Positions 9,679-18,150 of a stretch of 27,608 nt of DNA are shown here, piece by piece (position 1 is the stretch's first letter; each line of letters begins with the position of its first letter). The position numbers and the translations under genes are program-made. Source of the stretch: a candidate division WOR-3 bacterium (GTDB lineage Bacteria; Hydrothermota; UBA3072; B12-G15); contig CBFGJG010000021.1 of assembly GCA_965649055.1 (NCBI GenBank), positions 4,540-32,147 of the forward strand, in the 5' to 3' direction. The notes under the pieces were generated by a model. That model saw nothing but the letters and a program-made list of their open reading frames with translations, had not been told where the DNA came from and made no database searches.

Positions 9679-9693
9679 ACTACCTCCCGAAAA

Positions 9694-10233
9694 TCAACTA
9701 TAATAGATTTTGTAAATCGCATTTATGGTATCCAGTTCCACTCTCACATTCTTTGCGCCTACAAGTTCCCCTGCTTTTTCTATCCAGCCTGCAATAGAAT
9801 ATAGATGAGCAACAGAGGTATTTATTCCATCAATCTTTAGCTCTATATAATTTTCTTCTTCCTTCAGGAACTTTATTGTGCTACCCCTGTAATATGTAGA
9901 ATACAATACAGGCCCTTTATTTATAAATAGTTTTATTGAACCAAATTTCAAAAAGAACTTATAAATCCTGTTAAGACCATACTCGGCAGAATATCTTCCA
10001 ATTTCACGGCATATCTTAAAATCTCCTTTGCCAATTTCCTTAGAGATTTCAGTGTAAAGAGTGGAAAGAATCTCGAGTGGATACCACTTTACATCAAAAA
10101 GTTCGTTTAATGCCTCTTGATGTTCATCTGGTAGTCTTTTAAGGATGTTTGAATAAACTTCTTCACCAAATTTTTCCTTTATGTATTCTATAACAGGAAT
10201 TATTCCTGTTCCTTTTACAAGTTGTTCGCCCAT
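9694..10233 (-). CDS. DUF2378/TIGR02265-like soluble protein (H-NOX/V4R-like putative ligand-binding fold)
   Basis: Pattern VKG...FG-E----L--L...WYP...GR--A...Y-TY...GW--A-EL-GA--V-V recognised by eye. No YxSxR heme motif. Confidence 0.55.
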   Translation of the reverse strand: MGEQLVKGTGIIPVIEYIKEKFGEEVYSNILKRLPDEHQEALNELFDVKWYPLEILSTLYTEISKEIGKGDFKICREIGRYSAEYGLNRIYKFFLKFGSIKLFINKGPVLYSTYYRGSTIKFLKEEENYIELKIDGINTSVAHLYSIAGWIEKAGELVGAKNVRVELDTINAIYKIYYS

Positions 10234-10239
10234 ATTATT

Positions 10240-10268
10240 ATTTTAAATCAAATTTTGATAAATGTCAA
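10240..10268 (-). promoter_or_regulatory. sigma70 promoter of the DUF2378-queT-DGC operon (leaderless)
   Basis: TTGACA (10268-10263), 17 bp, TAAAAT (10245-10240), 6 nt, then ATG at 10233. No SD. Confidence 0.7.
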
Positions 10269-10283
10269 GAAATAAATTTTCCC

Positions 10284-10310
10284 TTGAAAATTGCGAATCC
10301 ATTGTATAAT
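10284..10310 (+). promoter_or_regulatory. sigma70 promoter of nth (leaderless)
   Basis: TTGAAA (10284-10289), 15 bp, TATAAT (10305-10310), 7 nt, then ATG at 10318. Confidence 0.6.
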
Positions 10311-10317
10311 TAAAGAT

Positions 10318-10962
10318 ATGAAAGATAAAATAGATATTATTATAAAAATATTAAAAAAAGAAGTTAAGAAGTTTAAAGAACCTATTGTAACTAAATTCAG
10401 TATTGATTTTAATGACCCTTTTATAATACTTATCTCAACTGTTCTGAGCCAGAGGACTAAGGATAAGATAACAGAAAGAGCATCGGAAAGACTTTTTAAT
10501 AAAGCCAGGACCCCATATGATATCTTGAAACTTAAAGTGGAAGAAATAGAAGAATTGATCTATCCTGTAGGATTTTATAAGATAAAGGCAAGGAGGATAA
10601 AAGAAATAAGCAGGAAATTGATAGAAGAATACAATGGGAAGGTCCCTGATAACCTTGAAGAATTGTTGAAGATAGAAGGTGTTGGAAGAAAGACTGCAAA
10701 CCTTGTTATTACACTCGGATTTAATAAGGATGGAATATGTGTTGATACACATGTTCACAGGATTTCAAACAGAATTGGTTATGTTAATACAGAAACTCCT
10801 TTTGAAACAGAAATGGAATTAAGAAAGAAATTACCCAAAAAATACTGGAAGATATACAATGACCTACTTGTTACCTGGGGACAGAACATATGTAAACCTG
10901 TAAAACCATTATGTGAAAAATGCGCAATATCAAGATATTGTAAATCCTTTGTTAATTCTTAA
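10318..10962 (+). CDS. nth: Endonuclease III (HhH-GPD, 4Fe-4S)
   Basis: LSQRT-D, HhH motif [15 protein letters not shown] and C-x6-C-x2-C-x5-C cluster. Start moved from TTG 10291 to ATG 10318. Confidence 0.95.
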   Translation: MKDKIDIIIKILKKEVKKFKEPIVTKFSIDFNDPFIILISTVLSQRTKDKITERASERLFNKARTPYDILKLKVEEIEELIYPVGFYKIKARRIKEISRKLIEEYNGKVPDNLEELLKIEGVGRKTANLVITLGFNKDGICVDTHVHRISNRIGYVNTETPFETEMELRKKLPKKYWKIYNDLLVTWGQNICKPVKPLCEKCAISRYCKSFVNS

Positions 10963-11014
10963 CTTCAAACCTTTATAAGATATTCTGAATTTATAATACA
11001 GATATTTTAAATAC

Positions 11015-13903
11015 CTATCCTATTAGAATCAGTTTTTTTATCCTCTTGATATTTCCAGCCTCAAAATAGAGAAAATAAACACCTCTTGGAATTTCATTCA
11101 TTCTTTCATAACTGATTTTTATCTTATGAAAACCTTTAGTCATTTTTTCTCCATTAATAATATTTTTTACATTCCTTCCAGTAATATCAAATAAACTTAT
11201 CGAAACATGTTCATCTTTTTTCAGTAAGAATCTAACTTCTAAATCTGAATAAAAAATATTACCTGATATATCAAAAATATCTTCCTTTATTTCATCAATA
11301 CCAACATACCTTGAAAGGTTTCCAACTTCAAGCCTTAAAAGTGATGGTTCTGAACCGGACTTTGCGAATTGTGTATATCTTTTAAATAATACCTTTACCC
11401 TTATTCTATTGTATGTCAATGTATCAAGTAGATTAAGAGAGATTGTATCACTCTTCTTTGCCGTAAATATTCCAATAGAGTTTCCTGGCAATAAATTATC
11501 CGGAACATTCTCCCAACATGAACCATTGTAATATTGGATCGTTATTCCTATTGAATCTTCTTCATCACTTTTCTCGAATATTAAATCTCCCCAGAAATCT
11601 CTTTCAAACAATCCTGATAATTCGCAGAATCTTATATCTTTTGTTAACATCTCTCCATAATTATTCTCGAAAGTTATCGTCTTAACAAATAAAACATTAT
11701 CAATAGCACATCCATACCCTCTGTGGTTAATTGTGGATGCATCTGTGTATGTCCATTTTACCTGTAATGATTCTAAAGGAAAATAATTTGATGGTATCTG
11801 GTATGAGTATGTCCCGAAAGAAGATTGATAATGAGTATATCTGTTTATCCATGAGCTCCATGAGCCTGAATTGAATTTTCTTGTCTTTAATATCATTTTT
11901 TCACCTGATTCTAAACATCTTATCCCATAATCGTAAATTATCTTTATATCTGTTGAACCTGCAGGTATATAAACTGGTGGAGATATTATCTCCTCTGCTG
12001 TATTATTTGTAAAACCAGCAGGGTAATCATCATAATATGCATATTTTGAATGGTAATTTGGTGGTGTATAGATACCAAGGTAATCTGATGTTCCGTTGGT
12101 CCAGTAAATTCCATCATTGTTACCATCATTTATTCCCCAATTTTGAGGGAAGACATCTTCGAAATCTTCATACAATAATGTATCGTAGATATAACCATAA
12201 GTTTCAAGCATAACACTGTCACCAACAATCTTAAGATTTATAAGATTATTTTTTGAAAACTGATTAAAATTACACTGTAAAAATGAACAGGTATTATATG
12301 GAAGTGTTGTATCAATTGTAAAAGAATGAACATCTGAAAATAAGGACCAGTAATTTGTTCCATACGGGTCTTTTGCCTTAACCTTCCAGAAGTATACATT
12401 TCCGTGTTCCAAGGGGCTTGTTAACTGATATTTTACGATTGTATCACTTGGGTAAATTGATGTTAATATTGATTCAGGAGAAGAGAAGGTTGCTGTTTCA
12501 TCTATTAGTATCAGATATTGAATACTATCTCTCTGTGGATCTGTTGAGGAAAATGAAAATTCAGGGTAAGGTGAGTAAAATTTGGAACAATCAAAAGGTT
12601 GAATTAATAAAGGAGGAATAGGCGCTTCGGGTAATGGACTTAAACAGGAAATAGATGCAATCGTTGCAATAATAGTTTTTACAACTTCTGTAGCAAAAAG
12701 ATTATTGTTATAACTCAATCCAATGGTATCCTTGGAGCTGTGAACATATGGATTTGCATTACTTCCTATTTCTTCAATGAGACCAATTGCATTAAAACCT
12801 TTATCCCAGAAAGAAGCATGGTCTGAGAATGGGATTGAATTTATAATTTTTAAACATAAGAGTGATGTATAATTTTCAGCACATTCTATGAAAAGTTCTG
12901 CAAGTGTATCGGATGGGGAAAGGGAATCATCTGCAAATACACTGATTGTATCAGGAGAGTGATTTGTATAACCTATCATATCAGCGTTTATGACACCTAC
13001 TATCGTATCATTCATTATTCTTGCAAAATCTGCGTATGTTTCACTACCATATAATCCAAACTCTTCACCTGAAAATGCAATGAATCTGATCGTGTATTCA
13101 AAACTACAGTCTTTCAATACCCTTGCGCATTCAAGGACAGATGCTGTTCCACTTGCATTATCATCTGCTCCGGGAGCGTTAAGGGAGTCTTCAAAACAAA
13201 AGGAATCAAAATGTCCGCATATTATTGAATAATGATCTGGTGAATACAGTGTTCCATATTTTATTCCTATTACATTCGGTGCATGATGATATGTATGATA
13301 TTGAAGAATTACAGTATCGCACCCATATTCGTAGAATTTATCTTTAATCCAAATAGCTGCCTGGAAACAGGAATCATAAGTTGAATATCTTGATTTGAAA
13401 TCCTGCAACCTCATTACGAAGCTCAAAATTGTATCCGGATTAACACTATTAACTATATTTTGAATCGTCTGGTCGTATTTAAACTTAACATTAAACTTTC
13501 CTTTATTTGGTGAAATAGGTTTTAATGTTAGATATTGTAAGAATATTTTTTGTTTGATTATTTCTTTTAAATTTTTATCATCATAAATTTTTATTAAAAA
13601 AATATCATCTTCATTAAATATGACCTTACAGTATCTTGATAAATCAGTTCCTTTTTCTTTTATTGTTACCAAATAATACTTTCCTTCGTCAATCCTGTCC
13701 AGAGTTTCAAAATTGAGACCTTCCAGTTTTTTTTGTTCACCTTCTTTAATAACGACAAAAGCGTAGTTTTTCAAGATTTTGACTATGTGAATATTTTTTG
13801 CCAATAAGATTTTGAGTGTATTATCTTCCAGCTTTATCTTTAAAAGTTCCTCACCTTTTATAGATGAAAAAATCAAAAAAACGAAAAAAATGTTCAGTCT
13901 CAT
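11015..13903 (-). CDS. Secreted M28 family metallo-aminopeptidase with accessory beta-rich domains and a C-terminal sorting-type domain
   Basis: Signal peptide; GHFDS, APGADDNASG, GEEFGLYGS, NADMIG, SDHASF and VHSSKDT. Fn3-like Y-WKVKAKD...WS segment and adhesin-like EDFE--FP-NW segment. C-terminus FDITGR...GVYF...KKLIL. Confidence 0.9.
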   Translation of the reverse strand: MRLNIFFVFLIFSSIKGEELLKIKLEDNTLKILLAKNIHIVKILKNYAFVVIKEGEQKKLEGLNFETLDRIDEGKYYLVTIKEKGTDLSRYCKVIFNEDDIFLIKIYDDKNLKEIIKQKIFLQYLTLKPISPNKGKFNVKFKYDQTIQNIVNSVNPDTILSFVMRLQDFKSRYSTYDSCFQAAIWIKDKFYEYGCDTVILQYHTYHHAPNVIGIKYGTLYSPDHYSIICGHFDSFCFEDSLNAPGADDNASGTASVLECARVLKDCSFEYTIRFIAFSGEEFGLYGSETYADFARIMNDTIVGVINADMIGYTNHSPDTISVFADDSLSPSDTLAELFIECAENYTSLLCLKIINSIPFSDHASFWDKGFNAIGLIEEIGSNANPYVHSSKDTIGLSYNNNLFATEVVKTIIATIASISCLSPLPEAPIPPLLIQPFDCSKFYSPYPEFSFSSTDPQRDSIQYLILIDETATFSSPESILTSIYPSDTIVKYQLTSPLEHGNVYFWKVKAKDPYGTNYWSLFSDVHSFTIDTTLPYNTCSFLQCNFNQFSKNNLINLKIVGDSVMLETYGYIYDTLLYEDFEDVFPQNWGINDGNNDGIYWTNGTSDYLGIYTPPNYHSKYAYYDDYPAGFTNNTAEEIISPPVYIPAGSTDIKIIYDYGIRCLESGEKMILKTRKFNSGSWSSWINRYTHYQSSFGTYSYQIPSNYFPLESLQVKWTYTDASTINHRGYGCAIDNVLFVKTITFENNYGEMLTKDIRFCELSGLFERDFWGDLIFEKSDEEDSIGITIQYYNGSCWENVPDNLLPGNSIGIFTAKKSDTISLNLLDTLTYNRIRVKVLFKRYTQFAKSGSEPSLLRLEVGNLSRYVGIDEIKEDIFDISGNIFYSDLEVRFLLKKDEHVSISLFDITGRNVKNIINGEKMTKGFHKIKISYERMNEIPRGVYFLYFEAGNIKRIKKLILIG

Positions 13904-14035
13904 AATTAGCCCATATGTTAAAATTCAAGAGAATCTACTCTCTTGGTTTAAAGTTTCATAACTATACTCTTTTTTAAAAATTTAACTAAAATTACAAAAT
14001 TTACAAATAAAAGAATTCTTTATCTCGTTAATCCA

Positions 14036-16780
14036 TTACTTTACAAATATAAATTTCTCTTTTGTCAACCTGTCAGCATTTTTTAGTATCACAAAGTATA
14101 TTCCATTTCTTTCAATATCAAATTCCCTTTCGTTCAATCCTTCAAAATCAAATCCCCTGTATGAACCAACGATTCTTCCTGAAATATCCATTATCTTTAT
14201 TTCTGTTTCTCCCATAGCAGGAACAAAATAACTTACTCTAACCTTGTTCTTTATTATATTGTTTTTTATGGTAAGTTTTATATTATCTTCTTCTATACCA
14301 GTTAAATTTGCTGTGAGAAGATAAAGTGTTCCGTTATCTGTTGAGAAGACAATATCAACATGACCATCATTGTCAATATCCCCCAATGCAGGTGTTGCTA
14401 TTGGACCATCTGCATTGAATTCCCAGATTAATGATGCGTCAGAAAATTTTATTGCAAAAAGCTTTCCATTCGTTGATGGAACTATTATATCTTTTATGTT
14501 ATCTCCATCTATATCTGCAACGACAGGTGAAGAGCGGACCATTCCACCACAGTTGTATGACCTTAAAAGATTTCCCTGATAGTCGAAGAAATAGACATAT
14601 CCATCATCGGCACCAACTATAATCTCCTTATACATATTTCCATCCACATCGCAGACTGCGGGTGTTGACCTTATCTTTGAACCAATATTGTATCTCCATT
14701 TAAGTGTCCCATCATAGTTTATAACATAAAGATATCCATCGTCTGAACCAAAGATAACTTCATATCTTCCATTTCCACCGGTGCTGTCTATATTTGCTAT
14801 TACAGGTGATGAATAGATTGAGTCTCCTGTCGCATATGACCATACAAGTGTTCCAGTTGTTCCATTACCTGTTCTTCTTACAGCATAACAGCTCCCATTG
14901 ATTGATGTTACAACAACATCAGGTATTCCATTACAATCAATATCACCTATTGCAGGATTTGAGCGGACAGGATAAACACCACTTGTCGGATAATACCATT
15001 TTGACACACCAGTTGAACCGGTATAAACCCTTATTGATTTACTTTCACCAACTGTTATTATCTCAAAATTTATATCACCATCAAGATTTGTTACAAGTGG
15101 GGATGTGCAATCAACATATTGTGGTCTTACTTTTCTTACAACCGAACCATTCGTTCCTTTTAAGATATATGTTGTATCACCTGCATTAAATATAACATCA
15201 AGTGTATCATTGGGTTCAATATCCCCTATTACTGCATTTGACCTTATGTTTGTATAGAAAGGACCTGCTGACCAGAGTGGTGTTAGATTTGAACCTGTAT
15301 ATGCATAAACATATCCATTATAAGTTGTTACAACGATATCTATGTTTCCATCTTTGTTTATATCTGCAAGGACAGGTGTAAAACCAGCAGAACCAAGGTT
15401 TACTGTCTGTGATAGAGCAAATTGCCTTCTATTTGTTGAAAGTATTGTGTATCCTTCATTTGAAAGCATACCATGGAATGCAGGCCAGTGTGTTCTATCT
15501 TTCTCTATAACAATCCTTGTAGTGCACCTATTATTATCAGGTATATTCTTGGGGAGGTCATAAGAAGGTGAGTATGTTCCCCAGTTTATATTCTCAACAA
15601 ATGCAGCATCTAATGTTCCGGTATAACCGTCTGATAAAACATCTCTTGCAATCAGCTGAATTGTATCATCGAAATTATACGGTTCTATCTCTTTTAAAAG
15701 GTCTGTTACATCAAGTGCGATATAATAATTAGGATAAGGCCAGAACGCACCGGGTATCATTGACCAGTTGAAATAATCCCTATAATATCCTGTTTTTGCA
15801 AATCTTATCCTTATATTTATTCTTTCCCTTCTTTGGTGTGTTATCTTCCATCTTATCCTTAATTGTCCATTATAATATCTTTCAAACCTTGAACCTTTTG
15901 ATATGTTCCCGAAATCCTTCCTTTCAACCTGATAGTATGCAGTTGGACTTGTAATCTGCGGATCTTTTAATGCCTGGTAGGAAATCCAGAAGTATCCTAA
16001 TAATGGCCCCCATGATGTTCCCCAAGAGTTTATACATTTTATTGCACCATTACCATCATTGGTAGGTTTATCATCGTCAAAACCTACGACACATATAGCA
16101 TGACCACCTTCGTCAGATCCTGTCTTATCACCGGTATCATATACGCCATCAGCACCAAAATTACCATACCAGAAAGGTGTCCAAACCCTGATCGAAATAA
16201 CTGCATTGAAACCTTCTGAAAGGACATTCTTTAATTGATTTATTCCTGCATCTGTTGATATATTTATTGTATATGTAGTATCACCCCTGTATACAGTTGC
16301 CTTACCGAATGCTGTTTCAGAACCCCAAGAAGTTGAATCGTTCTGGTTATAAGGTTTATCAAGGAGTGGGGCACATCCAATATCAGAAAGACATTTAAAC
16401 CCGTCAGAGTTGTATGCACCACCATCAACTCCACCATTTATAAGGTTATAAACAAATGAAGGAGACATCTGGAATTGGGTTGATGTTACATCCCAGCTTG
16501 AACCGTGTTTCATCCTTAACATATATGTCTTGTAGTAATAAGCTACAGCCCATGCAACACATGAGCCCTGTGCACCCTGATTCCCAACGGGTGGCATATA
16601 AGGAGAATGGTCAACAGATGCCTTGCCAAAATAGAATGTTGGAGCGGGTGATGGGTATACCCAGTCCAGTGTTTTAGGATCTAATTCAAAATCACGACAG
16701 CCAAGGTTTCTTATGCTCCTATCAATCTCAGCAGAAAGCATAAGTGATAAAATAACAAAAATCAATAAACACTTTTTCAT
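14036..16780 (-). CDS. Secreted papain-family (C1) cysteine peptidase with FG-GAP/VCBS beta-propeller and C-terminal sorting-type domain
   Basis: Signal peptide; QGAQGSCVAWA (Q, Cys), GGHAI (His) and INSWGTSWG (Asn). About 8 D-x-D-x-D-G-like repeats. C-terminus DISGR...GIYFV...EKFIFVK. Confidence 0.9.
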   Translation of the reverse strand: MKKCLLIFVILSLMLSAEIDRSIRNLGCRDFELDPKTLDWVYPSPAPTFYFGKASVDHSPYMPPVGNQGAQGSCVAWAVAYYYKTYMLRMKHGSSWDVTSTQFQMSPSFVYNLINGGVDGGAYNSDGFKCLSDIGCAPLLDKPYNQNDSTSWGSETAFGKATVYRGDTTYTINISTDAGINQLKNVLSEGFNAVISIRVWTPFWYGNFGADGVYDTGDKTGSDEGGHAICVVGFDDDKPTNDGNGAIKCINSWGTSWGPLLGYFWISYQALKDPQITSPTAYYQVERKDFGNISKGSRFERYYNGQLRIRWKITHQRRERINIRIRFAKTGYYRDYFNWSMIPGAFWPYPNYYIALDVTDLLKEIEPYNFDDTIQLIARDVLSDGYTGTLDAAFVENINWGTYSPSYDLPKNIPDNNRCTTRIVIEKDRTHWPAFHGMLSNEGYTILSTNRRQFALSQTVNLGSAGFTPVLADINKDGNIDIVVTTYNGYVYAYTGSNLTPLWSAGPFYTNIRSNAVIGDIEPNDTLDVIFNAGDTTYILKGTNGSVVRKVRPQYVDCTSPLVTNLDGDINFEIITVGESKSIRVYTGSTGVSKWYYPTSGVYPVRSNPAIGDIDCNGIPDVVVTSINGSCYAVRRTGNGTTGTLVWSYATGDSIYSSPVIANIDSTGGNGRYEVIFGSDDGYLYVINYDGTLKWRYNIGSKIRSTPAVCDVDGNMYKEIIVGADDGYVYFFDYQGNLLRSYNCGGMVRSSPVVADIDGDNIKDIIVPSTNGKLFAIKFSDASLIWEFNADGPIATPALGDIDNDGHVDIVFSTDNGTLYLLTANLTGIEEDNIKLTIKNNIIKNKVRVSYFVPAMGETEIKIMDISGRIVGSYRGFDFEGLNEREFDIERNGIYFVILKNADRLTKEKFIFVK

Positions 16781-16797
16781 AAAACCTCCTTTTTTTT

Positions 16798-16825
16798 AAT
16801 ATAATTTCTTTCTTAATTTTTTCAA
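16798..16825 (-). promoter_or_regulatory. sigma70 promoter of the C1 peptidase gene
   Basis: TTGAAA (16825-16820), 16 bp, TATATT (16803-16798). SD AAGGAGGT before ATG 16780. Confidence 0.65.
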
Positions 16826-16827
16826 GT

Positions 16828-18150
16828 TTATTTTTCAATATTCAATTCCTTTAGTTTTGAAAGTAATGTTTTATAACTTACCTTCAGTATCTTTGATGCC
16901 TTTAATTTATTCCCTTTGCATAATCTTAATGCCTTTTCAATCACTTCCTTCTCGGCCTTTTTCTGGCCTATCAAACCTGCTTTTTTTAAATCAAGAGGAA
17001 GTTCTATAGTTTCAGAAGGGATATTTGATATCAGGATATCATTTTTGGTTATTTTATCACCTTCTGCTATTATTATAGCCCTTTCAATTGTGTTTTCAAG
17101 TTCACGAACATTACCTATCCATTTGTAAGATTTCAGTATTTCCATTGCTTCATCATCTATACCTTTAATCTCCTTTTTAAGTTCAAAAGAATATTTTTTT
17201 ATAAAAAATTCAGCTAATAATGGAATATCTTCAACCCTTTCCCTTAAAGGTGGAAGATTAATAGGGAAGACATTTATCCTATAAAAAAGGTCCTCACGGA
17301 ATCTTTTTTCTCTGATTTCTTCTTCTAATTTTTTATTCGTGGCAAATATGAACCTAACATTAACAGGGATTTCTTTTCTACCACCAACCCTGACAATCCT
17401 TTTCTCTTCCAGGACCCTTAATATTTTTGTCTGTAATGATATAGGTGTATCACCTATCTCATCAAAGAAGACAGAACCACCTTCTGCAAACTCTATTTTT
17501 CCTATCCTTTCTGAAACATCCGTTGCAGTCCCTTTTTCAATACCAAAGAGCTCGCTTTCTATGAGTGTTTCAGGTATAGCACCTGCATTTATCACAACAA
17601 AAGGTTTGTCTTTTCTTTCACTATTCGAATGAATAAGTCTTGCAAATAGTTCTTTTCCTGTTCCACTCTCACCTGTAATTAAAACATTTGCATCAGTCAC
17701 TGAAACTTTCAATGCGAGTTCCTTAGCCTTTAATATGTCTTCTGATTTACCTATTATATCATAAGATTTTGAAGAGAGTAAAATCATTCTTTTTTCATCA
17801 ATTACTTTTTTTAATTTTATTATAAGTAATTCCGGGTCGAATGGCTTTTGTAGAAAATCACTTGCACCTTTTTTCATAGCGAGAACCGCATTCTCAACAT
17901 CACCATATGCGGTTATAATAAAAACAGGAAAATCTATACCTTTCTTTCTTATTTTTTCAAGTAATTCTATCCCCGTAATCCTCTTCAGTTTAAGGTCAAA
18001 AACACCAGCATCAAATTTTTCATTATCCAGTTTCTTTAAAGCACTTTCAGCATCTGAATAATCACTAACTTCAAAACCATTATTTTCAAGATGCCTCTTT
18101 AGCATATCCCTAAAATTTTCTATATCTTCTACAAGTAAAATCCTTGGCAT
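16828..18150 (-). CDS. NtrC-family response regulator (REC, AAA+, Fis-type HTH) with an atypical GAFTGA loop
   Basis: REC motifs LLVED, D-L-L, ITAYG and KPF. Walker A GESGTGKE, FFDEIG, REDLFYR and GNVREL. HTH GNK-KA---L-VS-KTL. GAFTGA is replaced by GTATDV. Confidence 0.93.
   Translation of the reverse strand: MPRILLVEDIENFRDMLKRHLENNGFEVSDYSDAESALKKLDNEKFDAGVFDLKLKRITGIELLEKIRKKGIDFPVFIITAYGDVENAVLAMKKGASDFLQKPFDPELLIIKLKKVIDEKRMILLSSKSYDIIGKSEDILKAKELALKVSVTDANVLITGESGTGKELFARLIHSNSERKDKPFVVINAGAIPETLIESELFGIEKGTATDVSERIGKIEFAEGGSVFFDEIGDTPISLQTKILRVLEEKRIVRVGGRKEIPVNVRFIFATNKKLEEEIREKRFREDLFYRINVFPINLPPLRERVEDIPLLAEFFIKKYSFELKKEIKGIDDEAMEILKSYKWIGNVRELENTIERAIIIAEGDKITKNDILISNIPSETIELPLDLKKAGLIGQKKAEKEVIEKALRLCKGNKLKASKILKVSYKTLLSKLKELNIEK

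Noticed and set aside
9679..9720. preQ1 riboswitch upstream of queT
   Set aside because: Only 15 nt separate queT from the upstream CDS, and no preQ1-I-like stem or A-rich tail is visible.
10291..10317. TTG start for nth given by the ORF track
   Set aside because: It falls inside the predicted promoter. ATG 10318 gives a normal endonuclease III N-terminus.
13926..13945. 7-bp inverted repeat CAAGAGA-N6-TCTCTTG between the two protease genes
   Set aside because: Short, single copy and without a convincing adjacent U-tract. It cannot be distinguished from chance, although an operator or stabilising hairpin is possible.
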